DNA of 64,000 bases from Marispirochaeta sp. (GCA_963676835.2 CAXXFF010000002.1:832001-896000); one strand, 5' to 3'. Counted from the first letter of the stretch, positions 40,794-51,110 are shown. Made by a program: numbers and translations. The notes: generated from the sequence alone by a model not told the origin.

Positions 40794-40887
40794 TGACGGC
40801 TTTCTCGTGGGTGTGTAAGGTTTCCACGTTTTTGCCCCTTACTTTTCTTCTTGTATTTAATTCGTAATTACAGGTATGCTATAGCTG

Positions 40888-41604
40888 ATGAAATCGAAGA
40901 GCGAGGATATCTACAGTTTTCTTGAACGCAAAATTGTCGGCGGGGAGTATTCCCCCGGCGACAGGCTTCCTTCGGAATCCGAGCTCTGCGGCGAATTCAA
41001 TGTCTCCCGGGGGCCGGTTAGAGCAGCTCTTGATAAGCTGTCTGCCATCGGACTGGTGTACAAGAAAAAGGGAGGCGGTTCCTATGTCCGGGAACAGGAT
41101 ACAGACCGCCTCTTCAGTTCGGTTCTTCCCGCCCTGCGCTTCAACACCAACGATTACCGCGAGATGCTCCGGATGCGTTCTGCTCTGGATAGATTGAGCA
41201 TTGAGCTCTGTATTGAAAATCATGAACGGAATGATTACTCGGAGCTTGACGGAATAATGGCTGCTCTGGAGAAAAATCACTCCCCGGAGCAGTTTTTTGA
41301 TCTTGAGCGCTCATTCTATACCGTTCTTTCCGAGCTTGGGGGCAACCGCCTTCTTCACAGTGTTACCCTGATGATTTGGGATCTGCTGAAGCACTGCAGC
41401 AGGGACTCTCTGTCGGCAAAAGAACAGGCTGAACGGGTTTGGGAATACCGGAAGATATACCAGAGTATAAAAGCCCCGGACTGCGAACTTGCCCTGATCT
41501 ATGCCGGCAGGCACCTGAGGCGGGTGCTGGAAGCTGACGAAAAAGAGCAGGCCCCTGCAACTGAATCACAGCGTTGGAATCCCTGGCTGTACGATACCCT
41601 CTAG
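40888..41604 (+). CDS. GntR/FadR family regulator
   Basis: PGDRLPSESELCGEFNVSRGPVRAAL winged HTH plus FCD-like domain. Confidence 0.92.
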   Translation: MKSKSEDIYSFLERKIVGGEYSPGDRLPSESELCGEFNVSRGPVRAALDKLSAIGLVYKKKGGGSYVREQDTDRLFSSVLPALRFNTNDYREMLRMRSALDRLSIELCIENHERNDYSELDGIMAALEKNHSPEQFFDLERSFYTVLSELGGNRLLHSVTLMIWDLLKHCSRDSLSAKEQAERVWEYRKIYQSIKAPDCELALIYAGRHLRRVLEADEKEQAPATESQRWNPWLYDTL

Positions 41605-41647
41605 TTTAGAACAGCCCTCATACCGTCCTTTTTTCATATCTCTTCAC

Positions 41648-41815
41648 CTGTACTACAAATTTTAAACATATTTGTACAAAACCCCTCAATTTTTGTTTTA
41701 CACATAAATATTTCCATGCTAATATCTGACTTGTAGTACAGATAGAGATGTTTTGCTGGATTAATCCCTGTTATTGACGTATTCAAAGGGGATTTTTGGT
41801 GTATTTGTACTACAG
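41648..41815. promoter_or_regulatory. Three candidate GntR operators
   Basis: CTGTACTACAA (41648), TTGTAGTACAG (41731), TTGTACTACAG (41805). Confidence 0.75.
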
Positions 41816-41842
41816 AAAATCAATTATTGGGGGAGAATCATA

Positions 41843-43228
41843 ATGGGTTTAGTGATGATTCTGCTGCTGGTAGCATCTATTGTGCTTATCGTGGCAGCAA
41901 CTTCTGTTTTTAAGCTGCATCCTTTTATCGCACTTATTTTTGCAGCGCTTTTTGTAGGACTTGGAGCATCTGCTCTTGGTGAATTTGATGTAATGGCTGT
42001 TGAGTCCACCATCAGGAATGGTTTCGGCGGTATCCTTGCCTACATAGGTATTGTAATTGTTCTGGGAACCATCATAGGTGTGTTTCTGGAAAAATCCGGA
42101 GCAGCAATTAAAATGGCCGACACCATTCTGAAACTGGTTGGTCCCAAACGGCCCGGACTTGCCATGAGCATTATCGGATGGTTTGTGTCTATTCCCGTAT
42201 TCTGTGACTCCGGTTATGTAATCCTTTCTGCGCTGAGAAAATCAGTTACCCACAAGGCAAAAGTTTCTGCAACCATGATGAGTGTTGCCCTGGCAACCGG
42301 TTTGTATGCCTCCCATACCCTGGTGCCCCCAACTCCCGGCCCCATCGCGGCAGCTGGAAACCTGGGTCTTGAAAACAGCCTGGGCCTGGTTATTATCTTC
42401 GGCGGATTTATCTCTATCTTCTCCATGCTGGCCGGTTTCTTCTGGGCCAAGTTTATCGGTGGCAAGATTGAGATTCAGGAAGACCGGGACAACGCGGCAG
42501 CCTGGGCAAAAGGTCTTGATCTGGAAGAGAAGGCTATCGAGGAACAGTACGGCCAGCTTCCTTCTACCTTTATGGCCTTTGCTCCCATCCTTGTTCCCAT
42601 TATTCTGATTGCCCTTGGGACTATTGCCTCCTTCCCGGGAGAACTTCTCGGCGCAGGTTTCATTGCCAAACTGTTTATCTTTTTCGGTAAGCCCGTTATC
42701 GCCCTTCTGGTGGGCTTCTTCTTTGCCCTGGGACTTGCTCCCAAGCTGAATGAAGAGGTGCTTATGACATGGATTGGTGAGGGAATCAAGATAGCCGGTC
42801 CCATTATTCTTATTACCGGTGCCGGTGGTGCTTTCGGTGCAATTATTAAAGCAACCCCGGTAGCTGCATATCTTGGCGAATCAATGAGCGGCTGGAGCGT
42901 CGGTATCCTGGTTCCATTCTTTATTGCGGCTGCCCTTAAAACTGCTCAGGGTTCCTCCACTACCGCACTGGTAACAACTTCTGCGCTTATGGCGCCTCTG
43001 CTTGCCTCCCTGGGGCTTGATTCTACCATCGGACAGGTGCTTACGGTAATGAGTATCGGTGCAGGTGCAATGACTGTTTCCCATGCCAACGACTCCTACT
43101 TCTGGGTTGTTGCCCAGTTTACCGGAATGGATGTAAAGACTGCTTACAAATCACAGACTGTGGCAACCCTGATTCAGGGAATTGTAACCATAATTGTTAT
43201 TCTAATTCTCTCGTTTATTCTTCTGTAA
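41843..43228 (+). CDS. GntP family permease, copy 1
   Basis: KLHPF, IPVFCDSG, VPPTPGP, AQGSSTTA, SHANDSYFW. Confidence 0.94.
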   Translation: MGLVMILLLVASIVLIVAATSVFKLHPFIALIFAALFVGLGASALGEFDVMAVESTIRNGFGGILAYIGIVIVLGTIIGVFLEKSGAAIKMADTILKLVGPKRPGLAMSIIGWFVSIPVFCDSGYVILSALRKSVTHKAKVSATMMSVALATGLYASHTLVPPTPGPIAAAGNLGLENSLGLVIIFGGFISIFSMLAGFFWAKFIGGKIEIQEDRDNAAAWAKGLDLEEKAIEEQYGQLPSTFMAFAPILVPIILIALGTIASFPGELLGAGFIAKLFIFFGKPVIALLVGFFFALGLAPKLNEEVLMTWIGEGIKIAGPIILITGAGGAFGAIIKATPVAAYLGESMSGWSVGILVPFFIAAALKTAQGSSTTALVTTSALMAPLLASLGLDSTIGQVLTVMSIGAGAMTVSHANDSYFWVVAQFTGMDVKTAYKSQTVATLIQGIVTIIVILILSFILL

Positions 43229-43252
43229 GCGCATCTAAACCAGGAGATAATC

Positions 43253-43284
43253 AGGACTGCTTCTTCGGGGGCAGTCCTTTTTTT
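43253..43284 (+). terminator. Rho-independent terminator
   Basis: AGGACTGC-TTCTTCGGGG-GCAGTCCT followed by a T-tract. Confidence 0.88.
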
Positions 43285-43349
43285 GCGCTTCCCTCAAATT
43301 ACAGAAACCATGCTACCATTGAAAGCAACCGGTTCTTCAGGAGGGTCTA

Positions 43350-44732
43350 ATGGGGTTTCTTATGGTGATTTTTCTGTTTATCTCCATAATTGCCATCGTA
43401 CTGGCTACATCGAAATACAAGCTTCATCCCTTTGTCTCCCTCCTGCTGGCCTCCCTCTTTTTGGGTATAGGAGCAGCCGCACTGGGTCAGCTGGATCTGA
43501 TGGAAGTGGATACAGCTATTCGTGAAGGCTTCGGCAGAATACTTGCCAATATAGGAATTGTAATTGTACTGGGCGCAATTATAGGTGTTTTTCTGGAGAA
43601 ATCCGGCGCTGCGCTCAAAATGGCCGATACGGTAATAAAAAAGATCGGCCCCGGGCACCCTGCACTGGCAATGAGTATTATCGGATGGATCGTCTCTATT
43701 CCGGTTTTCTGTGACTCGGGATTTGTCATTCTGAATACCATGCGTAAAACAATTACCCGGAAAACACATTCCCATGCGGCAGCCATGAGTGTCGCCCTGG
43801 CGACCGGGCTCTATGCCTCCCATACCCTGGTGCCTCCGACTCCCGGCCCTATCTCTGCAGCGGGTAATCTTGGTATCGGCAGCAGTCTGGGAATGGTAAT
43901 ACTCTTCGGAATCTGTATCTCCCTCTTTCCGATGTTTGCAGGATATATCTGGGCCCGTTTTATGGGTTCCCGGGTAGAAACCAGGGAAGACCTGCTGAAT
44001 AAGGAGTTTTTTCTTAAGGGCCTTGAAGGCGACAGTGCGGTTGAGAAGAAGTATGGGCAGCTGCCTTCGGCGTTTAAATCCTTCGCTCCCATAGTTGTTC
44101 CCATTTTGCTAATAGCAATAGCTGCAGTTGCTGCTCTTCTTGCGGACCTTGGGCATGAGAGCCGTATTACCGGTGTGCTGCTTTTTCTGGGCAGTCCTCT
44201 TATGGCGCTGCTCTGCGGTTTTCTCTTTGCCCTGGCACTGGCTCCTTCTTTGAGCGAAGAGGTCCTGATGAAATGGATAGGCGGGGGAATCAGAATTGCA
44301 GGGCCGATTATTCTTATAACCGGAGCAGGCGGTGCCTTCGGGGCGGTAATCAAAGCCACACCCCTGCCTGAATATCTCGGGCAGGCAATGGAGCACTGGA
44401 ACATCGGAATTCTGCTGCCTTTTATAATTGCCGCAGCTCTGAAGACAGCCCAGGGGTCAACTACCACAACCATGGTGGCGGCATCTGCGCTTGTAGCTCC
44501 GCTGTTGGGGTCTCTGGGGCTGGATTCGGCTTATGGAGCGGCTTTAACGGTTATGAGTATCGGCGCAGGCGCCATGGTCTGCAGTCATGCCAATGATTCA
44601 TATTTCTGGGTTGTGGCAGAGTTTACCGGGATGGATATTAAAACAGGGTATAAAACCCTTACCGCGGCTACAGCTATTCAGGGTGGAGTGACCATGGCGG
44701 CGGTGCTGTTCTTCTCCTTCCTGCTGCTGTAG
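43350..44732 (+). CDS. GntP family permease, copy 2
   Basis: Same motifs, colinear with copy 1. Confidence 0.94.
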   Translation: MGFLMVIFLFISIIAIVLATSKYKLHPFVSLLLASLFLGIGAAALGQLDLMEVDTAIREGFGRILANIGIVIVLGAIIGVFLEKSGAALKMADTVIKKIGPGHPALAMSIIGWIVSIPVFCDSGFVILNTMRKTITRKTHSHAAAMSVALATGLYASHTLVPPTPGPISAAGNLGIGSSLGMVILFGICISLFPMFAGYIWARFMGSRVETREDLLNKEFFLKGLEGDSAVEKKYGQLPSAFKSFAPIVVPILLIAIAAVAALLADLGHESRITGVLLFLGSPLMALLCGFLFALALAPSLSEEVLMKWIGGGIRIAGPIILITGAGGAFGAVIKATPLPEYLGQAMEHWNIGILLPFIIAAALKTAQGSTTTTMVAASALVAPLLGSLGLDSAYGAALTVMSIGAGAMVCSHANDSYFWVVAEFTGMDIKTGYKTLTAATAIQGGVTMAAVLFFSFLLL

Positions 44733-44748
44733 CAATTCTCCGCTGAAG

Positions 44749-45669
44749 TTACGCCGGTTTTTTCTCTTTCAGCTTTGTAACCGCATAGGCCCCGCCAACA
44801 AGTAGTACCCCGCCGATCATCTGGAGAAGGGTAAGCCGTTCCTGAAAGATGAAGAAGGAGATAAGGGCGGTGAAGAAGGGCCTTGTCAGCTGAAGTATGT
44901 TTGCCAGGGAGACTCCCAGGTGAGGCACAGAACGGTAAAAGAGTGAGTGCCCGAGGCCGATGCCGGCAAGTCCGGAAAGGATAAGCATAAACCAGAGCCA
45001 GGGGCCTGCTTCAAAATGAAAGTCCATTCCATATCCTGCAACGTGGCTGATAAAGAACAGGGGAATTACAAAGGTAAACACCGCAGCATTAACAAAATAG
45101 GGCGAGTATCCCGGCAGCCATGCCCGAACCATAGCGCTCAGAACCGCCCATGAGAGAGCGGAAAGCAGAACAAAGCCAACGCCGAGCATGGAGAATGAAC
45201 TTCCACCGGAATTGCCCGGTGAGACAGTAAGTATTACACCCGCAATTGCTGCAAAAATGCTGACATAAAACAATGGTTTCTTCAGGAGCAGCCGCTCATC
45301 CAGGAAAAAAATACAGCCCAGAATGACGCTGAAAACCGCAGCGGACTGATAGATAAGGATGGCCAGCCCGGGAAAAACATTGTACAGCCCGGCGGTGTAG
45401 GCTGCCTGAAAAGAGAAGTTGGCAATGCCTATAAGGGCCATCTTCGGCAGCAGATGAGAGAGGTTTCCCCGTATTTTTTTTCTCTCTTCTGCCTCTGTGG
45501 CGGTAAAGAAGAGAGGCCAGAGCACGATAATTGCCGAGACATACCTGGCGAAGGACTGGAACATTACCGGGAATCCGGACCCTACATAGCGGATCATAAC
45601 AGCGGTAAAAGACCAGACCAGAGCCGCGCCAAGATTGAGGAATATTGCAGAACGATAGTTGCCGGCCAT
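44749..45669 (-). CDS. DMT/EamA family transporter
   Basis: About 10 TM segments in two repeats; start MAGNYR behind AAGGAG. Confidence 0.88.
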   Translation of the reverse strand: MAGNYRSAIFLNLGAALVWSFTAVMIRYVGSGFPVMFQSFARYVSAIIVLWPLFFTATEAEERKKIRGNLSHLLPKMALIGIANFSFQAAYTAGLYNVFPGLAILIYQSAAVFSVILGCIFFLDERLLLKKPLFYVSIFAAIAGVILTVSPGNSGGSSFSMLGVGFVLLSALSWAVLSAMVRAWLPGYSPYFVNAAVFTFVIPLFFISHVAGYGMDFHFEAGPWLWFMLILSGLAGIGLGHSLFYRSVPHLGVSLANILQLTRPFFTALISFFIFQERLTLLQMIGGVLLVGGAYAVTKLKEKKPA

Positions 45670-45803
45670 TGTGTCTCCTTGGGGAACAGGTGGGGCCATA
45701 TTAGTATAAAATGTCTTTTTATTATACCGTTTTTTGCGGATTGAATGTATCATATATGCTACAAGTGGCCCGGAGGGCTGCCTGAAAAAAGGAGTACTGA
45801 AAA

Positions 45804-46553
45804 ATGATTAATCCTCTTAAGAAGAAGCTGCAGAATGGTGAAACTGCCCTTGGTTTCTGGGTAACAATTCCCAGCCCGGATGTTTCTGAAGCACTTTCAC
45901 TGCTGGATGTAGACTGGCTGCTCTTTGATATGGAGCATTCTCCCATGAACCCCCAGAATGCCCAGATCGGCATGCAGGGGATGAAGGGCGACAGGGCCAC
46001 TCCCGTAGTCCGGGTCGCCTGGAACGATCAGGTGCTGATTAAGCGTGCCCTTGATATCGGCAGCTACGGGGTTGTAATCCCCATGGTTAATAATGCGGAG
46101 GATGCACGAAAGGCAGTTGCTGCTACTAAATATCCGCCCAGGGGGATCCGGGGCTGCGGTCCCAGACGGCCTTTCCTCTACGACAAAGACTACCTGGGAA
46201 CAGCTGATGATGAGATTCTCGTTCTGGTGCAGATAGAAACCACGGAAGCGGTAGAGAATGTTGATGAAATTTGTGCAGTAGAGGGCGTTGACGGAATTTT
46301 TATGGGGCCCATGGACCTCTCATTTTCCATGGGTCTTCGCGGCAGCTTTGACAATCCGGAATTTCAGAAGGCTGCGGATACCATTCTTGCTGCAGCGAAA
46401 CGGCATAAAAAAGTGTCCGGACTCTGGCTTGGCGCAGGTGAAACCCTGAATGAGCGGGTAAAAGAGGGCTGGCAGTTTATCGGGGTAGGTATCGATGTCG
46501 GCTTTGTTCAGGACGGCGCCAATGCGGCTTTGAAAGCTGCGAGAGGACAATAG
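45804..46553 (+). CDS. HpcH/HpaI (GarL-like) class II aldolase
   Basis: DMEHSP, VRV, LDIG...PMV, YPPRGIRG, QIET, GPMDL. Confidence 0.93.
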   Translation: MINPLKKKLQNGETALGFWVTIPSPDVSEALSLLDVDWLLFDMEHSPMNPQNAQIGMQGMKGDRATPVVRVAWNDQVLIKRALDIGSYGVVIPMVNNAEDARKAVAATKYPPRGIRGCGPRRPFLYDKDYLGTADDEILVLVQIETTEAVENVDEICAVEGVDGIFMGPMDLSFSMGLRGSFDNPEFQKAADTILAAAKRHKKVSGLWLGAGETLNERVKEGWQFIGVGIDVGFVQDGANAALKAARGQ

Positions 46554-46562
46554 GCCTGGGGG

Positions 46563-47483
46563 TCAGGAGAGCTGTGCGCGCTTGCGGCGGAATGCCTCTT
46601 TGGCCTTTTCTATCTGGTTTGCATAGCTTTCGTAATTTTCCGAAAGCAGTGCCATCTGGATTACGCTGATAACGCAGAGTTCGCTTAAGCGGGCAGCGGG
46701 AAGGTCGCTGAGCACATTGGATTCTCTGGAGCTGGTGAACAGCACCACATCCAGATGCTCTGTCAGGGGAGTGTTGGGGTACCCGGTAATACCGATAACC
46801 TTCGCTCCCTGCTCTTTTGCCATTCGGGATGCATCAACCGTATTGTGTACCCTTCCGGAGTGGGCGATTGCTATGGCCACATCTCCATGGTGGAGCTGGG
46901 ATGCTGCGGTAATCTGCAGCCAGGCATCGTTGTAGCAGGTGCACTGGAGTCCCATCTGCATCAGTATGTAGGCGGCACTCTGTGCAACAGATCCTGAGCC
47001 TCCCTCGCCGTAGATATCAATCTTTCTGGCAGAGCCGATCAGGTCTACGGCTTTCTGCAGATCATCATCATTAAGAATCATCATTGTTTCGTCCAGAACG
47101 GACTGGTTGAAATGAAACAGCTTCTGCTTGATAACCTTTACCGATTCTCCCCGCTTTATCTGGAATGAATCCGTACCGGGGGTAAGAAATTCCCGCTCTA
47201 TATAGTATTTAAGCTCAGTATACCCTTTAAACCCGATTGCCCTGCAGAAGCGGATAATTGTGGCCGGACTGGTTTCGGCAGCCTTTGCAAGAGCCTGGGC
47301 AGACATCTCGGGAACGGCTTCGCTGTGCTGCAGAATGTAATCGGCAATACGCTTTTCCGAGGAATTAAAGGTATCGTAGTGGTTCCGTATACGGGTCAGG
47401 TACTCTATACTTGCTATAGCATCGCTTTTATCGCTGGCTTTGGTTGAGAATGTCTGGGTAGCAAGTTTATGGCTGGGCTTCAT
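46563..47483 (-). CDS. MurR/RpiR family regulator
   Basis: SEKRIADYI...TSPATIIRFCRAIGFKGY plus SIS domain (HSG, GITG). Confidence 0.93.
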   Translation of the reverse strand: MKPSHKLATQTFSTKASDKSDAIASIEYLTRIRNHYDTFNSSEKRIADYILQHSEAVPEMSAQALAKAAETSPATIIRFCRAIGFKGYTELKYYIEREFLTPGTDSFQIKRGESVKVIKQKLFHFNQSVLDETMMILNDDDLQKAVDLIGSARKIDIYGEGGSGSVAQSAAYILMQMGLQCTCYNDAWLQITAASQLHHGDVAIAIAHSGRVHNTVDASRMAKEQGAKVIGITGYPNTPLTEHLDVVLFTSSRESNVLSDLPAARLSELCVISVIQMALLSENYESYANQIEKAKEAFRRKRAQLS

Positions 47484-47546
47484 AATACTCTCTAATTCCG
47501 GAGATATTGCATATTATATCGTAATAATATGATTTGTGAAAGAGAA

Positions 47547-47598
47547 AAATGAAACATATATCTTAATAGACGCCTTTACTTGGAAATATGTTTCATTT
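47547..47598. promoter_or_regulatory. 13-bp inverted repeat, candidate RpiR operator
   Basis: AAATGAAACATAT (47547) and ATATGTTTCATTT (47586) in the divergent intergenic region. Confidence 0.65.
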
Positions 47599-47675
47599 AT
47601 TAGACCATTTTCCCGTTCGCCCTGTCTTTCTGAATTTTTTTCACTATACTTCAGATATAAACGGGGTTGGGAATC

Positions 47676-48656
47676 ATGAAAAAATTTGCTTTGGCGAAAT
47701 CTTTTTTACTTGTCTCTCTGCTGTTCTTTTCGGCCTGCGGCAATAGCGAGTTGTCTATTGTGGTGATCCCAAAGCTTACGGGCATATCCTATTACGATGT
47801 AGTCTATCAGGGGGTAAAGCAAGCCGCCGCCGAACTGGACGATCTGAATGTCCGCTGGATGGGGACGGAAGAAGCCAAAGTAGAGCAGCAGATTGAGCTT
47901 ATCGGAAGTATTATTCCCGACAGGCCCGATGCTGTATGTGTAGCTTCAAACGATGATCTGGCCATTGCTCCCATTCTAAAAAAGGCTGCAGGTGCCGGGA
48001 TATCAGTTATAAGCTGGGACGGGGATGCGGCCTATCGGGATTTTTTTGTTAATCTGGTTGATTACCGGGAATTCGGCCGGGGGCTTGCCGATGCGGTTGC
48101 CGAGTATGCCGGAGAAGATACCGCCCTGGCGATTATTACCACCACCTTTACCGCACCCAATCAGGTGCTCTGGCTGGAGGTTGTTCAGGAGCGGCTGGCA
48201 GAAAAATATCCCGGAATAAACATTCTGGATATACGGCCAGCCGGGGAAAGCTCAGAAGAGGCCTACGCGGTTGCCATGGAATATATCCACAGTATGCCGG
48301 AGCTGGATGCCCTTATGGTTTTAGGTGTGCCCAATGTTCCCGGCGCAGCAAAAGCGGTGGAAGAGACGGGAAATACCGGAAAGATTGTGCTGGTGGGAAA
48401 TGCAACTCCCAATCTGGTGCGGGATTATGTCCATAAAGGTGTAATTCAGGCGGCATTGTTATGGGATGCCCCGGCCCATGGCTATCTGACCGTCTATTCG
48501 ACCTACATGTTTCTCAAAGGAAAAATTCAGGAGGGAATACCCTTTTCCGCCGGCAGTCTGGGTTCTTTTACCCCTGTCCGGGATGGGGTGAGCCTTCAGG
48601 TCTCTCTGCCATTGCTCAAATTTACCAGAGAAAATATCGACAATTATAATTTCTGA
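47676..48656 (+). CDS. Sugar/AI-2-type ABC substrate-binding lipoprotein (LsrB/RhaS-like), orphan
   Basis: Lipobox FSAC; IPKLTGISYY, SWDGD, APNQ.LW, LWD...GY. Confidence 0.82.
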   Translation: MKKFALAKSFLLVSLLFFSACGNSELSIVVIPKLTGISYYDVVYQGVKQAAAELDDLNVRWMGTEEAKVEQQIELIGSIIPDRPDAVCVASNDDLAIAPILKKAAGAGISVISWDGDAAYRDFFVNLVDYREFGRGLADAVAEYAGEDTALAIITTTFTAPNQVLWLEVVQERLAEKYPGINILDIRPAGESSEEAYAVAMEYIHSMPELDALMVLGVPNVPGAAKAVEETGNTGKIVLVGNATPNLVRDYVHKGVIQAALLWDAPAHGYLTVYSTYMFLKGKIQEGIPFSAGSLGSFTPVRDGVSLQVSLPLLKFTRENIDNYNF

Positions 48657-48728
48657 CCAAAAAACTATGAAAAACCGCTTCCCTGAAGTACATTAATAGA
48701 CAGTCCTATTAATGGCAGGGAGGCTGTT

Positions 48729-50480
48729 GTGCCGGTTCTGGTGTTGTTTGCATTTCTCTCCGGGGTGGTCACCATCCTTTCTCCCTGTATTCTCCCGGTT
48801 CTGCCGGTAGTCCTTGCAGGAGGTGCAGGGAAGGGCCGGCGTAAGCCTCTGGGAATTATCACCGGATTTATCTTCTCTTTTACCTTTATTACCGTATCTC
48901 TTGCCGCTCTGACCAGAGCCCTTGGTATTGGCCCCGGCATACTTCGCATACTTGCTGTTGCGGCGGTATCGCTGTTCGGTCTGGTTATGCTGGTTCCCTC
49001 TCTGGGTATTCTCTTTGAGAAATCTGTCTCCAGGATTACAGCAGGTTTTCAGCCTTCACGAAAACAGAACGTCTCCGGGAAAACAGATGGGTTTATTTCC
49101 GGCATCGGAATAGGGCTGAGTCTTGGAGTTCTCTGGACTCCCTGTGTGGGACCTATTATCGCTTCGGTAATAACTGTGGCCCTGGCAGGGAGTGCAGATG
49201 CAGGGGCTGTGGTGATTACCTTTTTCTACAGCCTTGGAACAGCCCTGCCAATGTTTGCTGTTATGAAGGGCGGACGGACATTACTGCAACGATTTTCATT
49301 TCTGTCCAAGAATATGGAGAACATACGGCGGGGCTTCGGGGTTCTAATGCTGATAACCGCCCTTTCCATGAGTCTCGGCTGGGACCTTCGCTTTCAGGCT
49401 ATGGTATTGAAGGTTTTTCCCTCCTACGGAAGGGGGCTGACTTTGATCGAAGATGGCGATGCGGTGCAGAAAGCCCTTGCGGACCGGGAATCGGCCAGAA
49501 ATGCGGGCGAAAGCAGCTACATACGGGAAGGAGTTTTTACCGGCGTAGGCAGCGACGTCTCAATGCAGGGAGTCCCCGGAAATTATGGAGCAGCGCCTCC
49601 GTTCTCTGCAAGCGGTCCCTGGCTTAACTCGTCACCTCTCGAAATGTCCGGCCTGGCCGGCAAGGTTATGCTGATAGATTTCTGGACCTACTCCTGTATC
49701 AACTGTATCCGTACTCTGCCGTATCTTAAAAGCTGGCATGAGCAGTATTCAGATCAGGGGCTGGTTATTATCGGTGTTCACAGTCCGGAGTTTGTCTTTG
49801 AACAGGATCCGGAAAATGTCCGTAAAGCGGTAGCCGATTTAGGGGTCAGCTGGCCGGTTGTTCTGGATAACGACTTTTCACAGTGGCGGGCCTATAACAA
49901 CCGCTTCTGGCCGGCCCATTTTCTAGTCGATACCCGGGGGAATGTACGCTATTTTACCTTCGGCGAAGGACGTTACGGCGAAACTGAACAGATGATCCGC
50001 AGCTTATTGGCTGAGACCGGTGCCCGGTTTACCACCTTCAATGAAAATGCGGATTTCGGCGATGTAGCAGCAACACCGGAAACCTATATGGGCAAGGAGC
50101 GGGCGGAAAGAATGGAGCTTGATCCTTCCATGGGACTGGGGACGGAGGTTTATACCCTGGAGGAAAAACCGGCCCTCCATCACTGGAGTATCGGCGGAGA
50201 GTGGAAAATTACCTACGAATATGCAGAACCAGCGGGCAGTTCCGGCGGGGATCTTGTTCTTAATTTCGACGCCCGCAGGATATTCGCGGTGTTTGATCCC
50301 CGGCCTGGTACGGGAGAATCTTTGGAAGTCACCGTTGAGTTTGAGGGAAATATTACAACACTGACACTGTCAGAGCCGCGCATGTATCAGCTTCTTGAGT
50401 TCGCCCGGCCACGGCAGGGTGTGTTGAAGATGCATATCCCGAAGGGAGTGCGGATATATTCATTTACCTTTGGAGGATAG
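48729..50480 (+). CDS. DipZ-like CcdA/thioredoxin fusion
   Basis: LSPCILP and WTPCVGP (CcdA) plus DFWTYSCINC, HSPEF (TlpA-like). Confidence 0.92.
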   Translation: MPVLVLFAFLSGVVTILSPCILPVLPVVLAGGAGKGRRKPLGIITGFIFSFTFITVSLAALTRALGIGPGILRILAVAAVSLFGLVMLVPSLGILFEKSVSRITAGFQPSRKQNVSGKTDGFISGIGIGLSLGVLWTPCVGPIIASVITVALAGSADAGAVVITFFYSLGTALPMFAVMKGGRTLLQRFSFLSKNMENIRRGFGVLMLITALSMSLGWDLRFQAMVLKVFPSYGRGLTLIEDGDAVQKALADRESARNAGESSYIREGVFTGVGSDVSMQGVPGNYGAAPPFSASGPWLNSSPLEMSGLAGKVMLIDFWTYSCINCIRTLPYLKSWHEQYSDQGLVIIGVHSPEFVFEQDPENVRKAVADLGVSWPVVLDNDFSQWRAYNNRFWPAHFLVDTRGNVRYFTFGEGRYGETEQMIRSLLAETGARFTTFNENADFGDVAATPETYMGKERAERMELDPSMGLGTEVYTLEEKPALHHWSIGGEWKITYEYAEPAGSSGGDLVLNFDARRIFAVFDPRPGTGESLEVTVEFEGNITTLTLSEPRMYQLLEFARPRQGVLKMHIPKGVRIYSFTFGG

Positions 50481-50486
50481 AGGAGG

Positions 50487-51110
50487 TTGAAGATGACCAG
50501 AATACGCCTGAGGGCGGGTCTTGTATTTTTTATTCTGTCAGGTATCTACCTGAATGCAGCAGAAACTGCAGTTCTTGCGGGCGGATGCTTCTGGGGTGTT
50601 GAGGGTATCTATGAGCATGTTGTCGGAGTGGAAAAGGTTGAGTCCGGTTATTCCGGAGGAGATGCCCGGACAGCCAACTATAATACGGTAAGCCGTGGCT
50701 TTTCTGATCATGCTGAATCGGTTCGGATACAGTTTGATCCGGAAAAAATCAGCTATGCTCAGATTCTTGATATCTTTTTTACCGTTGCCCACGATCCCAC
50801 CCAGCTCAATTATCAGGGGCCTGATCATGGCAGGCAGTACCGCTCAGTAGTTTTCTACACCGACAATGATCAGCGTACAATTGCTGAAGAGGCCATAGGG
50901 AAGCTTGAAGAAACCGGAGTATATTCGGGAAAAATAGTTACCGTGGTTCAGCCCCTGGAAAAATTCTATGCAGCTGAGATGTATCATCAGGATTTTATGC
51001 AGCTGAACCCGTCCCACCCTTACGTTTCCTACTGGGACTGGCCCAAGATTGAACATTTAAAGGAAGCTTTTCCTTCCTTGTATAGGGAGCATTCCTGGAC
51101 GGTTAAATAA
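50487..51110 (+). CDS. msrA: Peptide methionine sulfoxide reductase A, probably exported
   Basis: GGCFWG, HAE, HDPT, QYRS, AEMYHQ; N-terminal signal-like segment. Confidence 0.95.
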   Translation: MKMTRIRLRAGLVFFILSGIYLNAAETAVLAGGCFWGVEGIYEHVVGVEKVESGYSGGDARTANYNTVSRGFSDHAESVRIQFDPEKISYAQILDIFFTVAHDPTQLNYQGPDHGRQYRSVVFYTDNDQRTIAEEAIGKLEETGVYSGKIVTVVQPLEKFYAAEMYHQDFMQLNPSHPYVSYWDWPKIEHLKEAFPSLYREHSWTVK

